Part shown: positions 1 through 10,128 of the stretch, in pieces
How the letters are laid out: the number at the start of each line of letters is the position of its first letter
How positions within the stretch are numbered: the first letter of the stretch is position 1
From: Candidatus Krumholzibacteriia bacterium
Lineage (GTDB): Bacteria; Krumholzibacteriota; Krumholzibacteriia; WVZY01
Length of the DNA: 52,904 bases
Reading direction: 5' to 3'
Assembly (NCBI GenBank): GCA_046754105.1
Contig: JBHHVD010000006.1
Span: 1 to 52,904, forward strand
Notes under the pieces: model-generated
The model's database searches: none
The model's input: only the letters and a program-made list of their open reading frames with translations
What the model was told of the DNA's origin: nothing
Position numbers and translations under genes: made by a program

Positions 1-10
1 GATGCCGCCA

Positions 11-610
11 CTACCTCTTCGTATCCAACAGGAAATCGATCAGCCGCTCCACCTCGGAGAGCACGACCGCCTTGGGCCTGTCAGTATCCAACACCACATC
101 GGCCCTGTAAAAAGATTTCTGCAGGTCCGCCTGGCTGGAGAGGCGCGCCTCCAGCTGCTCCCGCGAAAAACCGCCCTTCGCCTGCAGCCGGCGCAGCTGC
201 TCGTCTCTGGAACAGCTCAGCGCAATCATCAGGTCGACTCTGAACGGCAGCGTTACTTCGAGCAGGAGCGCCGCGTCGATGACCGCCATGTCGGCGCCCT
301 GCCGGGCCAGCTCTTCAATTCTCCGCTCGCACTCGCGCACGATCGCGGGGTGGATAATTGAATTGAGGGTGGCGAGCGCCGCCGCCTCGCGGAACACGAA
401 CGACGAGAGGGCCGCGCGATCGATCGCGTCGCCTTCGAATACGCGCTCGCCGATTGTCGCCCGGAGCCGGCGCCGGACGTCCGGGTCGTTCTCGAGCAGG
501 TCGTGGCCCACCCGGTCGGCGTCGATATGCGACGCTCCCCTGCCCCGCAGATGTTCGGCGATCGTGCTCTTGCCCGTGCCCGATTCGCCGGCCAGTCCGA
601 TGATTTTCAT
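11..610 (-). CDS. coaE: Dephospho-CoA kinase
   Basis: MKIIGLAGESGTGKST P-loop, IDADRVGHDLL, IIHPAI and IDAALLLE motifs; follows polA. Start set at ATG 610, not the ORF-track 772. Confidence 0.93.
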   Translation of the reverse strand: MKIIGLAGESGTGKSTIAEHLRGRGASHIDADRVGHDLLENDPDVRRRLRATIGERVFEGDAIDRAALSSFVFREAAALATLNSIIHPAIVRECERRIEELARQGADMAVIDAALLLEVTLPFRVDLMIALSCSRDEQLRRLQAKGGFSREQLEARLSSQADLQKSFYRADVVLDTDRPKAVVLSEVERLIDFLLDTKR

Positions 611-623
611 TCTCAAACCCCGC

Positions 624-3344
624 TCAAGTATGCGCCTCGAGCCAGTCCCGGCCAAGCCCAATGTCGACCTTGAGCGGCACCTCCAGGGCCATCGCCTCCT
701 CCATCGACTTCCGCACCAGTTCCACCACCAGATCCACTTCCGTCGCGGGAGCTTCCAGGAGCAACTCGTCATGAACCTGCAGGATCATCCGCGCTTCGAG
801 ACCCCGGCGCTCGAGCTCGGCGTCGAGCGTGACCATCGCGACCTTTATGATATCCGCCGCCGTTCCCTGGATCGGCGTGTTCACCGCGACGCGCTGCGCA
901 AACGCCTGCGACCGCCGGTCACCGCTCGTGATATCCGGCACGTGCCGGACGCGCCCCAGCAGCGTGGTCACGGCCTTTTCCCTCCGCGCCCGTTCTATCG
1001 TCTCGTCGATAAAGCGCCGCACGCCGGGATAGCTCTCGAAATAATCGTCTATGAACTTCCTGGCCTCGCCTGGCTCGATACCAAGCGCCTGCGCCAACCC
1101 CCGCGCGCCCATGCCGTAGATGATGCCGAAATTCACCGTCTTGGCCCGGGACCGCATTTCGTCCGATACCCGTTCCTCCGGCAACCCCATGATCCGCGCC
1201 GCCGTGCGGCGGTGCACGTCGGCGCCCTGCTCGAACGCCCGGATGAGTTCCGCGTCTCGCGACAGGTGGGCCATGATTCGCAGCTCGATTTGCGAATAGT
1301 CCGCATCAATGAGGGTCCAGCCGTCCCCGCCGGCGACGAAGGCCCGGCGGATTTCTCTCCCCAGTTCGGTGCGGATCGGAATGTTCTGCAGGTTTGGGTC
1401 GGAGCTGGACAATCTGCCCGTGGTCGTTATCGCCTGGTTGTAAGACGTGTGCACGCGCCCGCTCCGTGGGTGGACCAGCCTGGGAAGCGCGTCGACATAC
1501 GTGTTCTTCAACTTGCTCAGCGTCCGGTACTCGATGACCAGCCTTGGCATTACGTGCTGGTCCACGAGGGCCTTGAGGACTTCCATGTCCGTCGAGTACC
1601 CGGTCTTGGTCTTGTGTGTGGGTTTGAGTCCCAGCTTCTTGAAGAGGACCTCCTGCAACCGGGCCGTGGAGTTGATGTTGAACTCCTCGCCCGCCTCGCG
1701 GTAAATCGACCTTTCGATGTCCTCCAGCTTTGTGGACAAATCCCGCGACAACTCGCCGAGAACCGGCGAATCCAGGGTGACGCCCCGCATCTCCATTCGG
1801 GCCAGCACGCCGCTCAGCGGCATCTCAACTTTTTCGAACAGGTCTTTCACCTGCGATGCCTGCAGGAGCGGTTGGAAATGGTTTTTCAGGCGCAGCGTGT
1901 AATCCGCGTCCTCACAAGCGTATTCCAACACGGTTTGCAGGCGCACGGTTCGGATGTCTTTCCTCTGCGCGCGGCCCTCGAAGAGCGACTTGAACGGGAT
2001 CATCTTGTGCCCGAACGTCTCCCGAACGAGATTATCCAGGCCGTGGCCGCGCCGGCCCGGATCGAGGCAGTACGAGGCGAGCATGGTGTCGAACTCGATG
2101 CCGCCCAGGCCCAGGCCCGCGTTTTCGAGCACGATGGCGTCGTACTTGATGTTCTGGCCGATCTTGCCGACGGACGCATCGGAGAGCACCGGCCCCAGGA
2201 TCTCTCGTACCGTTTCCGGTGGCAGGCCGGCCGCTTCCCTCGGTGGTGTCAGCAGGGAGAGCTCCTCGTCGATGACGCTGTGAAGCGGAACGTACCAGGC
2301 CCGGCCCTCCGCCGTCGCCACCGAGATCCCGGCCAAGACGGCCCGCATCGGATCGAGGGCGCTCGTCTCGACGTCGACCGCGAACTCGCCGCACTGGGCG
2401 AGGGTTTCGGCCAGCTCGCGCAGCAGGGCCTCGCTGTCGACGAGCCGGTAGTCGTGCGGGGCGCTCGCCGCCTCGGGCTCCGGCTCGCCACCGACCGCTT
2501 CGAGAATACGGAAGAACTCGAGTTCCTCTAGGAGCTGCTTGAGTTTGCTCGTGTCGAACTGCCGCCGCCCCAGCTCTTCTAGCCCGACGTCGATCGGCAC
2601 GGCACTTTCGAGCTGGACGAGACGTCTCGACATCAGCGCCTGCTGCTTGCCCTTGACCAGCTTGCTCCGCAACGCCCCGGATCTGATCGAGTCCAGGTTT
2701 TCGTACGCCGACTCCATGGTGCCGAATTCCTGGATGAGCTTGAGCGCGGTCTTCTCGCCCACGCCCGGCACACCGGGCACGTTGTCCGTGGGGTCACCCA
2801 TCAGGGACTGGTAGTCGACGAACTGCTCGGGCCCAAGGCCGCTCATCTCGCGCAGGCGCTCGGGGCCGATCTCATGTTCGAGCAGGCCTTCCTTGCCGGG
2901 GCGAATGATATGCGTCTTGTCGCTTACGATCTGGTAGAGATCCTTATCGCCCGACACTACGCGCACCGGAGTGGCCCGCTCCAGTTTGCGCGCCAGGGTC
3001 GCAATGACGTCGTCCGCCTCGAACCCCGGTACGGACAGCCGTGGGATGCGCATCGCTTCCAGGACCAGCCGGATCCGCGGCAGCTGTTCGGCCAGCGACT
3101 CCGGCATGCTCGGCCGGTTCGCCTTGTAGTCGGCGAAGATCTCGTCCCGAAACGTCGGGCCCTCGGCGTCGAACACGACGGCGATGTGCGTGGGATCAAA
3201 CTTGTCGAGGATGGCGAGGACGGTGTTGACGAAACCGTACACCGCACTGGTTTCCTCACCCCTCGAGTTCACCAGCGGTCGTCGGATGAATGCGTAGTAT
3301 GAACGATAGGCCAGCGCGTGCCCATCCACCAGGTACAACGACAT
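624..3344 (-). CDS. polA: DNA polymerase I
   Basis: N-terminal LYLVDGHALAYRSYYAF 5'-3' exonuclease, DVETS 3'-5' exonuclease motif, TGRLSSSDPNLQNIP, ADYSQIELR, AKTVNFGIIYG, LQVHDEL. Confidence 0.99.
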   Translation of the reverse strand: MSLYLVDGHALAYRSYYAFIRRPLVNSRGEETSAVYGFVNTVLAILDKFDPTHIAVVFDAEGPTFRDEIFADYKANRPSMPESLAEQLPRIRLVLEAMRIPRLSVPGFEADDVIATLARKLERATPVRVVSGDKDLYQIVSDKTHIIRPGKEGLLEHEIGPERLREMSGLGPEQFVDYQSLMGDPTDNVPGVPGVGEKTALKLIQEFGTMESAYENLDSIRSGALRSKLVKGKQQALMSRRLVQLESAVPIDVGLEELGRRQFDTSKLKQLLEELEFFRILEAVGGEPEPEAASAPHDYRLVDSEALLRELAETLAQCGEFAVDVETSALDPMRAVLAGISVATAEGRAWYVPLHSVIDEELSLLTPPREAAGLPPETVREILGPVLSDASVGKIGQNIKYDAIVLENAGLGLGGIEFDTMLASYCLDPGRRGHGLDNLVRETFGHKMIPFKSLFEGRAQRKDIRTVRLQTVLEYACEDADYTLRLKNHFQPLLQASQVKDLFEKVEMPLSGVLARMEMRGVTLDSPVLGELSRDLSTKLEDIERSIYREAGEEFNINSTARLQEVLFKKLGLKPTHKTKTGYSTDMEVLKALVDQHVMPRLVIEYRTLSKLKNTYVDALPRLVHPRSGRVHTSYNQAITTTGRLSSSDPNLQNIPIRTELGREIRRAFVAGGDGWTLIDADYSQIELRIMAHLSRDAELIRAFEQGADVHRRTAARIMGLPEERVSDEMRSRAKTVNFGIIYGMGARGLAQALGIEPGEARKFIDDYFESYPGVRRFIDETIERARREKAVTTLLGRVRHVPDITSGDRRSQAFAQRVAVNTPIQGTAADIIKVAMVTLDAELERRGLEARMILQVHDELLLEAPATEVDLVVELVRKSMEEAMALEVPLKVDIGLGRDWLEAHT

Positions 3345-3386
3345 GCCTGTACGCTCCCCGTGGAATCGGATGCCACGTGAAAACTA

Positions 3387-3962
3387 TCAGCTATAGAGAG
3401 AATTGTCTAAAATAAACTTGTGGACGGACTTGTGCAGGAACGACTCCACGGGTTTACCTTCGCGCACCCGTTTTCGGAGCTCGCTGGACGAGATATCGAT
3501 CACCGGTTCTTCGAAAAGCACGACCGCCGCCTTCCCCTCCACCGGCACGGCCGGCTCATAACCGGTCCGGGGAAAAACCACGAGCGTGGCGAGTTTCAGT
3601 ATCGACCGGGGTGACTTCCAGTCGGGCAGGTCCTGCACGCTGTCGGCGCCCACAATGAGAAAAACGTCGTCGTCGTGATCCCGCCGATAGACGTCGAGCA
3701 GGTCGATGGTGTACGACGGCCCACCGCGTCCCTCTTCCATGCGCGACACCTCGATCCCCGGCTCCCCACAGACGGCTAGTTCCACCATTCGCAGGCGCAC
3801 GGCGTACGGCGTTACATCCCCCGCTTGTTTGTGCGGCGGGTGCGGGGCGGGCATCAGCAGCACGCGGTCCAGGGGTATCCTCTCCAACGCGGCCCGAGCC
3901 ATGCGCAGATGGGCGTTATGCGGCGGGTCGAAGGTCCCGCCCAGTATTCCGACGCGGTCCAT
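3387..3962 (-). CDS. nadD: Nicotinate-nucleotide adenylyltransferase
   Basis: GILGGTFDPPHNAH, PPHK, SYTID, IVGADS and ISSSELR motifs. Confidence 0.96.
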   Translation of the reverse strand: MDRVGILGGTFDPPHNAHLRMARAALERIPLDRVLLMPAPHPPHKQAGDVTPYAVRLRMVELAVCGEPGIEVSRMEEGRGGPSYTIDLLDVYRRDHDDDVFLIVGADSVQDLPDWKSPRSILKLATLVVFPRTGYEPAVPVEGKAAVVLFEEPVIDISSSELRKRVREGKPVESFLHKSVHKFILDNSLYS

Positions 3963-3963
3963 G

Positions 3964-4752
3964 TCAGTTCCCGCGCAGCTGCTTCAGCAGCACCGAAGCG
4001 TCTGTCTTGATTTCAACGTCGTCCGGATACTCGAGGGCCTGAGACAAGAGCTGGATCGCTTCGTCCGCCCGCTCGCGGTCGGCATATATCCGTGCCTTGT
4101 GGTACAACGCTTCGACCCAAAAGGCGTTGTTCGGGTAGTCCTTTATGACCTTGTCGAGATAGATCAGCGCGGAGTCGAAGCGCTTTCGGCTTATGTAGAA
4201 CAACGCCGTCGCCAGTTCTTTCCGCGCGAGCACCGTTTTGATGGCCTCTATGTAGCGCAACGCGTCGGGCATGAGCGGGCTTTGCGGAAAAATCTGCACG
4301 AATCTCTCGAGCTTCGAGAGCGCGTCGCGGTTGTTCGACTGGTCGAGCTCCGATTTGGGCGCCTGTTTGTGGAGACACAACGCCTCCTTCAAGTACCCTT
4401 CGTCTACGTACTCGCTGTACCCGTAGTTCGTCACCAGGATCCGGTACTCGACGGATGCCAGCGCGTAGTCCTCGTCGGCGTAGATGCTTTCCCCGAGCAT
4501 GAACTGTGCGTAGTCACTACGGTCATGTCCCGGGTGCCGTGCGAGGAACGCCTTGTAAAGCTCCTGGGACTGAAAATATTTCTTTTCCTGAAAATAAGCG
4601 TCGGCGCGTTTGAGAATCTCATCGGGCGAGTCCGGCACCGATGGAATGCCCGCCACGCAGCCGGCGACGACCGACAGCAGACAACAAATCCAGACAATGC
4701 GCTTTCTCGTGTTGAGAGGGTCAGGGATATTCGCGTGTGTAGGAATGTTCAT
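3964..4752 (-). CDS. bamD: Outer membrane protein assembly factor BamD (TPR lipoprotein)
   Basis: Lipobox VAGC, TPR helices, ELDQS..ALSKLERFVQIFPQS and LARKEL..ALFY patterns typical of BamD. Confidence 0.88.
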   Translation of the reverse strand: MNIPTHANIPDPLNTRKRIVWICCLLSVVAGCVAGIPSVPDSPDEILKRADAYFQEKKYFQSQELYKAFLARHPGHDRSDYAQFMLGESIYADEDYALASVEYRILVTNYGYSEYVDEGYLKEALCLHKQAPKSELDQSNNRDALSKLERFVQIFPQSPLMPDALRYIEAIKTVLARKELATALFYISRKRFDSALIYLDKVIKDYPNNAFWVEALYHKARIYADRERADEAIQLLSQALEYPDDVEIKTDASVLLKQLRGN

Positions 4753-4782
4753 CTCGTGGTCGATATGCTGACATTTCGGAAC

Positions 4783-5727
4783 TCAGATAAGTCCTGAATC
4801 GCGGAACGCGGTTATCTTCTCCCGCGCCTTTTCGACGATTCTCCCGGAGGCGCCCCGGTCCTTGTCGATTATTGCCTTGTACTGGGCGTAAGCGTTCTCA
4901 TAATCACCCATACGCTCGTACGCCTCTCCCAGCAGGAAACGGGCGCGCTGCACGAACGACCGGTTGTCCGTGCGTTCGAGCAACGCGGTCGTCTGTTCCA
5001 CGACGGTTTCGTAGTTGCCGCGTCCGAACTCCGCCTGCGCGCTGGCGTAGAGCAAATTGATCAATTTGTAACGCGCGCGACCCGACAGGACACCCTTCGG
5101 ATATCGCGACAGTTCCTCCTCGAGCGCCGCTATCGCCTCCGTCGAATCCGCCATGGCGAGGTAGCATTGCGATAAGTTGAAGTAGGCCTTCTCCGCCGCC
5201 GACGTATCCGGCCAATCGACCACGGCGGAGCGGTAGAAGCTCGCTGCCTGCGCGAACGCTTTTTCGTCGAAGTACGCCTCGGCGACCGCGTACTTGTACA
5301 CGCCCAACTCGATTCCAGGATCGAAGTCCGCCGCCTGCCTGAGCCGGTTTGCCGCCCGCTTTTGCCCCTTCTCGATCGCCGTTTTGCCCTTCTGGAGGAG
5401 TCTTGCGGCGACGCGACCGGCGAGCGTCGAGTCCCTGGCCACGGCCTCGTGAAACCGCCGGAAGGACTCGTAGTCCCTCCCAACCTCGATCAGCGCCACG
5501 CCGTAGTAGTAGTATACCTCGCCATCCTGGACACCTTTACGCAGTGCGTGCTCGCAGAGAACCATCGTTTCGTCGTAGTTGTTTTTCGCCAGCGAGTCGC
5601 GTATCTTGCCGAGGACTTTTCCCTTCCTGGAGCATCCCGCCGCAGCTACGACGAGCAGCACGCAGAGCACTGCGGCGGTCCCGCGCGGAACCCTGGACCC
5701 CCGATGTGAGCGAACCGTAATGGACAT
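4783..5727 (-). CDS. TPR-repeat lipoprotein
   Basis: Hydrophobic leader ending AAGC, then multiple TPRs (YYYYGVALIEVG, ARFLLGEAYERMGDY). Start set at ATG 5727. Confidence 0.75.
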   Translation of the reverse strand: MSITVRSHRGSRVPRGTAAVLCVLLVVAAAGCSRKGKVLGKIRDSLAKNNYDETMVLCEHALRKGVQDGEVYYYYGVALIEVGRDYESFRRFHEAVARDSTLAGRVAARLLQKGKTAIEKGQKRAANRLRQAADFDPGIELGVYKYAVAEAYFDEKAFAQAASFYRSAVVDWPDTSAAEKAYFNLSQCYLAMADSTEAIAALEEELSRYPKGVLSGRARYKLINLLYASAQAEFGRGNYETVVEQTTALLERTDNRSFVQRARFLLGEAYERMGDYENAYAQYKAIIDKDRGASGRIVEKAREKITAFRDSGLI

Positions 5728-5734
5728 TGGAGAG

Positions 5735-6415
5735 CTAGTTGTTATCCTGGTTCGAAAAGAACAGATAGATGAGCCCCACAATGATACCGCTGACCACGAC
5801 CGGCTCGACGACTCTCCCCCAGCGGGTGGACGGGATTTCAGGTTTCGTAAACTCGAGCAGGTCGGCCTCCACCTGAGGTAGCAGTCTGTGGGCGAACTGA
5901 TCTTCACGAGATCTCGACGCTTCTCCGATCCACGCGACTGCCTCGTCACCCGGCTCGACGAGCTTGGCCAGCAGAGTGATATTTGCACGACGCTTGACCT
6001 TGCGGCCACCGATGAGGTGTGCCCGGTAGGCCTTGGGGTATATCAAGCTGAAATCGAGCGCCTGGTATTCCAGCCGTATGCCGCCGACCGCGGGCGGTGC
6101 CCCCGCCCCACTGCCACCCGCCGCGGGGACGGGTTTCTTCAACGTGCGGTAACCGTTCGAGGTCAGGATCCGGCTGAAACCGTTGCTAATGAACTCGTAC
6201 CGCTCATCACTCGTGTAGGGCGCCAGAATGACGGGCCGGCTCTTGATGCTGGCCGGCATGCGCGACAGCAGTTCCTCTATCACCTCGTCGGTGAGGATCG
6301 TCATCAGCTGGAGGTTGGTGATTACCGGTTCCTCGGCGCGGACGCCGCGAGCCCCCGTCGCGATACCCGCGGCCAGAAAAAACAAAAGGGCGGTGCTACG
6401 CCGGAACAAGAGCAT
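5735..6415 (-). CDS. Hypothetical exported protein with C-terminal membrane anchor
   Basis: Strong SD (GAGGAGG), signal peptide, C-terminal EPVVVSGIIVGLIYLFFSN helix. Confidence 0.7.
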   Translation of the reverse strand: MLLFRRSTALLFFLAAGIATGARGVRAEEPVITNLQLMTILTDEVIEELLSRMPASIKSRPVILAPYTSDERYEFISNGFSRILTSNGYRTLKKPVPAAGGSGAGAPPAVGGIRLEYQALDFSLIYPKAYRAHLIGGRKVKRRANITLLAKLVEPGDEAVAWIGEASRSREDQFAHRLLPQVEADLLEFTKPEIPSTRWGRVVEPVVVSGIIVGLIYLFFSNQDNN

Positions 6416-6477
6416 GCTTCCTCCTCAAGGTGTCTATAGATAACGAATTCAGCAGGGGATGGTCAAGTGCAATAAAG

Positions 6478-7803
6478 TCAAACAACTTCGCCCTTGAGGT
6501 CGGTGATGTCCGCGTCGGTAATCCGGGCGTCGACGAAGCCACCGACCTTGACGTTGTCGCCCGTGAGGAACACCTCGCCGTCCACGTCGAACGCCTGGCC
6601 GAAATACCGACCCGCGTAGGCACAGTCGGGATATACCGGGGCCGGCTCTTCCAGTTTCCGGTCGACGAGCACTCGCAGGACACGGCCGCGCCGGAGACCG
6701 TGCAGACCAAATGCCACGGCGTCCTGGACCGTACTCAATTCCGCCGCCCGCTCGGCCTTGACCGCGTCGCCGACGTGCCCGTCCAACGCCGCCGCAGCGG
6801 TACCGGATTCACAAGAATACGTGAAAATACCCAATGACGCAAACCCGATCGACTCGACGAACTGTTTGAGCTGTTCGAAATCCTCCTCGCCTTCGCCGGG
6901 GAAGCCCACGATCACCTCGCTGCGCACCATCACGTCCGGAAACTCCGCTCGCACCCGGCCGAAGAGCCTCTCCAGCGTGGCCCGGGTGTAGGGCCGCCGC
7001 ATCCGCTTCAACACCCGGTCCGATGCGTGCTGCACGGGGCACTCCAGGTAGCGACACACCGCCGGGTGGGCGAACAAGCGCCGGGCCAGCTCCGGGGACA
7101 GCGATCCGGGGTGCACGTAGAGGATTCGAATCCAATCGATACCGGTCGCGGTGATGGCGTCGACGAGGTCCGCAAAGCGCGTGCCCCTCGCGTCGTACGA
7201 CGTGATGTCCTGAGCCAGCAGCGCAACCTCCCGGACACCCCGGGCAACCAGATTCTCGACCTCGCGGACGATCGAACGCGGGTCCCGCGATACCATGCCG
7301 CCGCGAATTTTTGGAATGGCGCAAAACGTGCAACTTCGGCTGCAGCCCTCGGCGATCTTCACGTAAGCGGTGTGGCAGGGGGTAAGCAGGCACCGTGTCT
7401 CGAACCCCGCGAAAGGGTTCGTCATCCCCGCGAACTCCGCTCCGTCGCCGCTCCCACGCCACGCCTCGACCAGTGACGGAAGGCGCTCCTGCGACCCCGC
7501 CGGCAGGAAATGGTCGACGTCAGGCAGAGACGTAGTAAGATCTTCCGCGCGATGCCTCGGAAGACACCCTGTCAAGACCAGTTTCTTCGCGCCCCCCGCG
7601 TGTTTGAACCGGGCGAGCCGCTCCACTTCCTCCACAGTCTCCTGCCAGGCCGCGTCGAGAAACGAACAGGCGTTGACGATGAGCAAGTCGGCGTCGCCGG
7701 GATCGCCGGTCATGGTACATCCGGCCCCCTGCAGAAGACTCGCGGACGCTTCGGTATCCACGAGGTTCTTCGGACACCCCATGCTCACCATGAAGGTTTT
7801 CAT
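6478..7803 (-). CDS. rimO: Ribosomal protein S12 methylthiotransferase
   Basis: MGCPKNLVD, NACSF, YVKIAEGCSRSCTFCAIP radical SAM motif, C-terminal TRAM-like GQAFDVDG. Confidence 0.95.
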   Translation of the reverse strand: MKTFMVSMGCPKNLVDTEASASLLQGAGCTMTGDPGDADLLIVNACSFLDAAWQETVEEVERLARFKHAGGAKKLVLTGCLPRHRAEDLTTSLPDVDHFLPAGSQERLPSLVEAWRGSGDGAEFAGMTNPFAGFETRCLLTPCHTAYVKIAEGCSRSCTFCAIPKIRGGMVSRDPRSIVREVENLVARGVREVALLAQDITSYDARGTRFADLVDAITATGIDWIRILYVHPGSLSPELARRLFAHPAVCRYLECPVQHASDRVLKRMRRPYTRATLERLFGRVRAEFPDVMVRSEVIVGFPGEGEEDFEQLKQFVESIGFASLGIFTYSCESGTAAAALDGHVGDAVKAERAAELSTVQDAVAFGLHGLRRGRVLRVLVDRKLEEPAPVYPDCAYAGRYFGQAFDVDGEVFLTGDNVKVGGFVDARITDADITDLKGEVV

Positions 7804-10070
7804 CCGCGATCGGACCTCACTCCATCGCCCGGGAAGCGATGGACGTTCTCCTCCGCGCGCACCAGCACTTCCCTCGGTTTGCTGCCGTCGGGCGGTCCGA
7901 CGATTCCCGATTCCTCCAGCTGGTCGAGAAGCCGCGCCGCGCGCGCGTACCCCACGTGGAGCCGCCGCTGCAGGAGCGACGTCGAACCCTGCCGGGAGTG
8001 CAGAATGATGTTCTTCGCCTCCTCGAAATACGGATCCCTTTCCTCCTGCGCCACCGCGCCGGGCGTTTCCTCGAACAGGGCCAGATGCGATTGTTCGAAC
8101 TCATGCTGCTTCCAGTGGTCGACGAGCAACTCGAGCTCCTCCTCCGACAGCCACGCACCATGCAACCGTATCGCCTCCGGGTGCTTCGCGTCGACGTAGA
8201 GCATGTCGCCGCGTCCGAGGAGTTTGTCCGCGCCGATACAGTCGAGGATCGTCCGCGAGTCGACCCGGGTCGCCACCCGGAACGCGATGCGGGTGGGGAA
8301 GTTGGCTTTGGTCTTGCCGTCGATAACGTCCACCGACGGGCGCTGCGTTGCAACAATCATGTGAATACCAACGGCCCGCGCCATGTTCGACAGCCTCGAC
8401 AGCAGCGTCTCAAAGTCCGCACCCTTGCTCAGGACGAGATCCGCCAGCTCGTCCACCACCAGAACGATATAGGGCAGTTTCTCTACTGGTCCGTGCGACG
8501 GGTCGATCTTTTCCATCGCGAGCTTGGAATTGAAACTCTCGATGTTCTTCACGCCGTGATCGTGCAACAGGTGGTTGCGCCGCTCCATTTCCGTTATCAG
8601 GTAGTTGAACACGCGCACCGCTTCGCGCGTATCCGTGATCACCGGATGCAGAAGATGCGGTATGCCGTTGAACAAACTCATTTCCACCATCTTGGGATCG
8701 ATGAGAATCAAGCGCACGTCGCTGGGACGGTACTGAAACAGAATGCTGGCGAGAAAACCGTTCAACGACACGCTCTTGCCGGACCCGGTCGTGCCCGCCA
8801 TCAGCAGGTGCGGAGCAGTGCACAGGTTCATGTGGAACGGTTTGCCCATCGCGTCCACGCCGACCGCGATCATGATGCCGCTGTAACGGAGGCGCTCGGG
8901 GATCTCGGAGAGCACGCCGTGAAGGTACACCATCGCTTGCTCGGGGTTGGGGATCTCGATACCGACGACCGCGCGTCCGGGGATGGGCGCGATCAACCGC
9001 AGGCTCCGGGCGCGCATGGCCAGCGCCAGGTCGTCCGAGCGACTCACGATGTCCCGGATCTTCACACCGGGCGCGGGCTCGAACTCGAACGTCGTCACCA
9101 GCGGCCCCTGGCTGATCGTCGTGACGCGCCCGTGGATGCCGTAGTTGGCCAGTTTGTCGACCAGCACGTCGCTCCAGCTCTTCAGATGGTCGGACGAGAA
9201 CGCGGAGTTGGCGCCTCCGCCGGGTGTGAGGATTGACAACGGCGGCAGCTCGGCGTCTTCCAGCGGTCCCGCGCCCCCGGGGGCGGTCTTTGGCGCGGTT
9301 CTGGACACGGGTGGCGCCACCGGTGTCGCGGTCCGCTGCGGTTCCTCGAACGTGGGCGAGAGCCACGGCGTCTCGGCCGGGGCCATCCCTCCGGCCTCCG
9401 CGGGAACGGCCTCCCTGTGCGCGGCAAGCCGTTCGCGATTCTCTCGTTCCTGCCGTTGCAGCCGCCGCTCATGCTTTTGCTGAGCTCGGGCCTGCAAGCG
9501 CTCCGCCACGGCGCGGTAGGCGGCGCGCGCGGTGGCGGGGACCACCGCAAGGCGGACGGCGGCACCTTTCAGCGTTCCCACCGCCACCCCGGCGAGATAC
9601 CGGATCTCGGTCAGGAGCACGAGCATCAGCAGCGTGATCACTACGATGCTGCCACCTATGTCTCCCAGCAGCGACGAAACCGCGCCACCGACGCTCGACC
9701 CCACCGATCCCGTCAAACGCGCCGATTGGCTCGTAAACGGCACCAGCGAGAAGAACGTGCCGAGCAGCAGGACGATCCCCAGCGATTTGGCCAAGACCTT
9801 GACCGCCCGCCGTGCTCGATCGAGCGCCAGCCCCAGGCTCAGCACGACGAGCGCAAGCGGGATCACCCACGCGAAAACGCGCCCCAACAGTCCGAAACCG
9901 GCGTACGCCGCGGCGGACCCCAACGGGCCGCAGAGGTTCGCCACCTCGCGAAACGAGCTTCCGCGGGCGAACGGCCAGTCGCCGACGCCGCTCGTTGCGA
10001 AAGCCACCACGAGGAAAGCCGCAAGGGCGAGCAAAGAGAGTAAGAAGAAATAGGTTACGCTGCGATTCAT
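7800..10070 (-). CDS. ftsK: DNA translocase FtsK/SpoIIIE
   Basis: N-terminal TM domain, PHLLMAGTTGSGKSV, IDPKMVE, ATQRPSVDVI, gamma domain LLQRRLHVGYARAARL. Start uncertain; ATG 10070 chosen. Confidence 0.97.
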   Translation of the reverse strand: MNRSVTYFFLLSLLALAAFLVVAFATSGVGDWPFARGSSFREVANLCGPLGSAAAYAGFGLLGRVFAWVIPLALVVLSLGLALDRARRAVKVLAKSLGIVLLLGTFFSLVPFTSQSARLTGSVGSSVGGAVSSLLGDIGGSIVVITLLMLVLLTEIRYLAGVAVGTLKGAAVRLAVVPATARAAYRAVAERLQARAQQKHERRLQRQERENRERLAAHREAVPAEAGGMAPAETPWLSPTFEEPQRTATPVAPPVSRTAPKTAPGGAGPLEDAELPPLSILTPGGGANSAFSSDHLKSWSDVLVDKLANYGIHGRVTTISQGPLVTTFEFEPAPGVKIRDIVSRSDDLALAMRARSLRLIAPIPGRAVVGIEIPNPEQAMVYLHGVLSEIPERLRYSGIMIAVGVDAMGKPFHMNLCTAPHLLMAGTTGSGKSVSLNGFLASILFQYRPSDVRLILIDPKMVEMSLFNGIPHLLHPVITDTREAVRVFNYLITEMERRNHLLHDHGVKNIESFNSKLAMEKIDPSHGPVEKLPYIVLVVDELADLVLSKGADFETLLSRLSNMARAVGIHMIVATQRPSVDVIDGKTKANFPTRIAFRVATRVDSRTILDCIGADKLLGRGDMLYVDAKHPEAIRLHGAWLSEEELELLVDHWKQHEFEQSHLALFEETPGAVAQEERDPYFEEAKNIILHSRQGSTSLLQRRLHVGYARAARLLDQLEESGIVGPPDGSKPREVLVRAEENVHRFPGDGVRSDRG

Positions 10071-10128
10071 CCGGGTCACGGGTCCTCCCGCAGCGAAGTC
10101 TAGCACTATCCCCCGGGGGGGCTGCCAC

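Noticed and set aside
1..11. GTG overlapping the coaE stop, possibly the start of the next gene
   Set aside because: Only 11 nt are available, so it cannot be supported.
3361..3380. TGGCATCCGATTCC upstream of polA as a sigma54 promoter
   Set aside because: It lacks the -12 GC at the required spacing.
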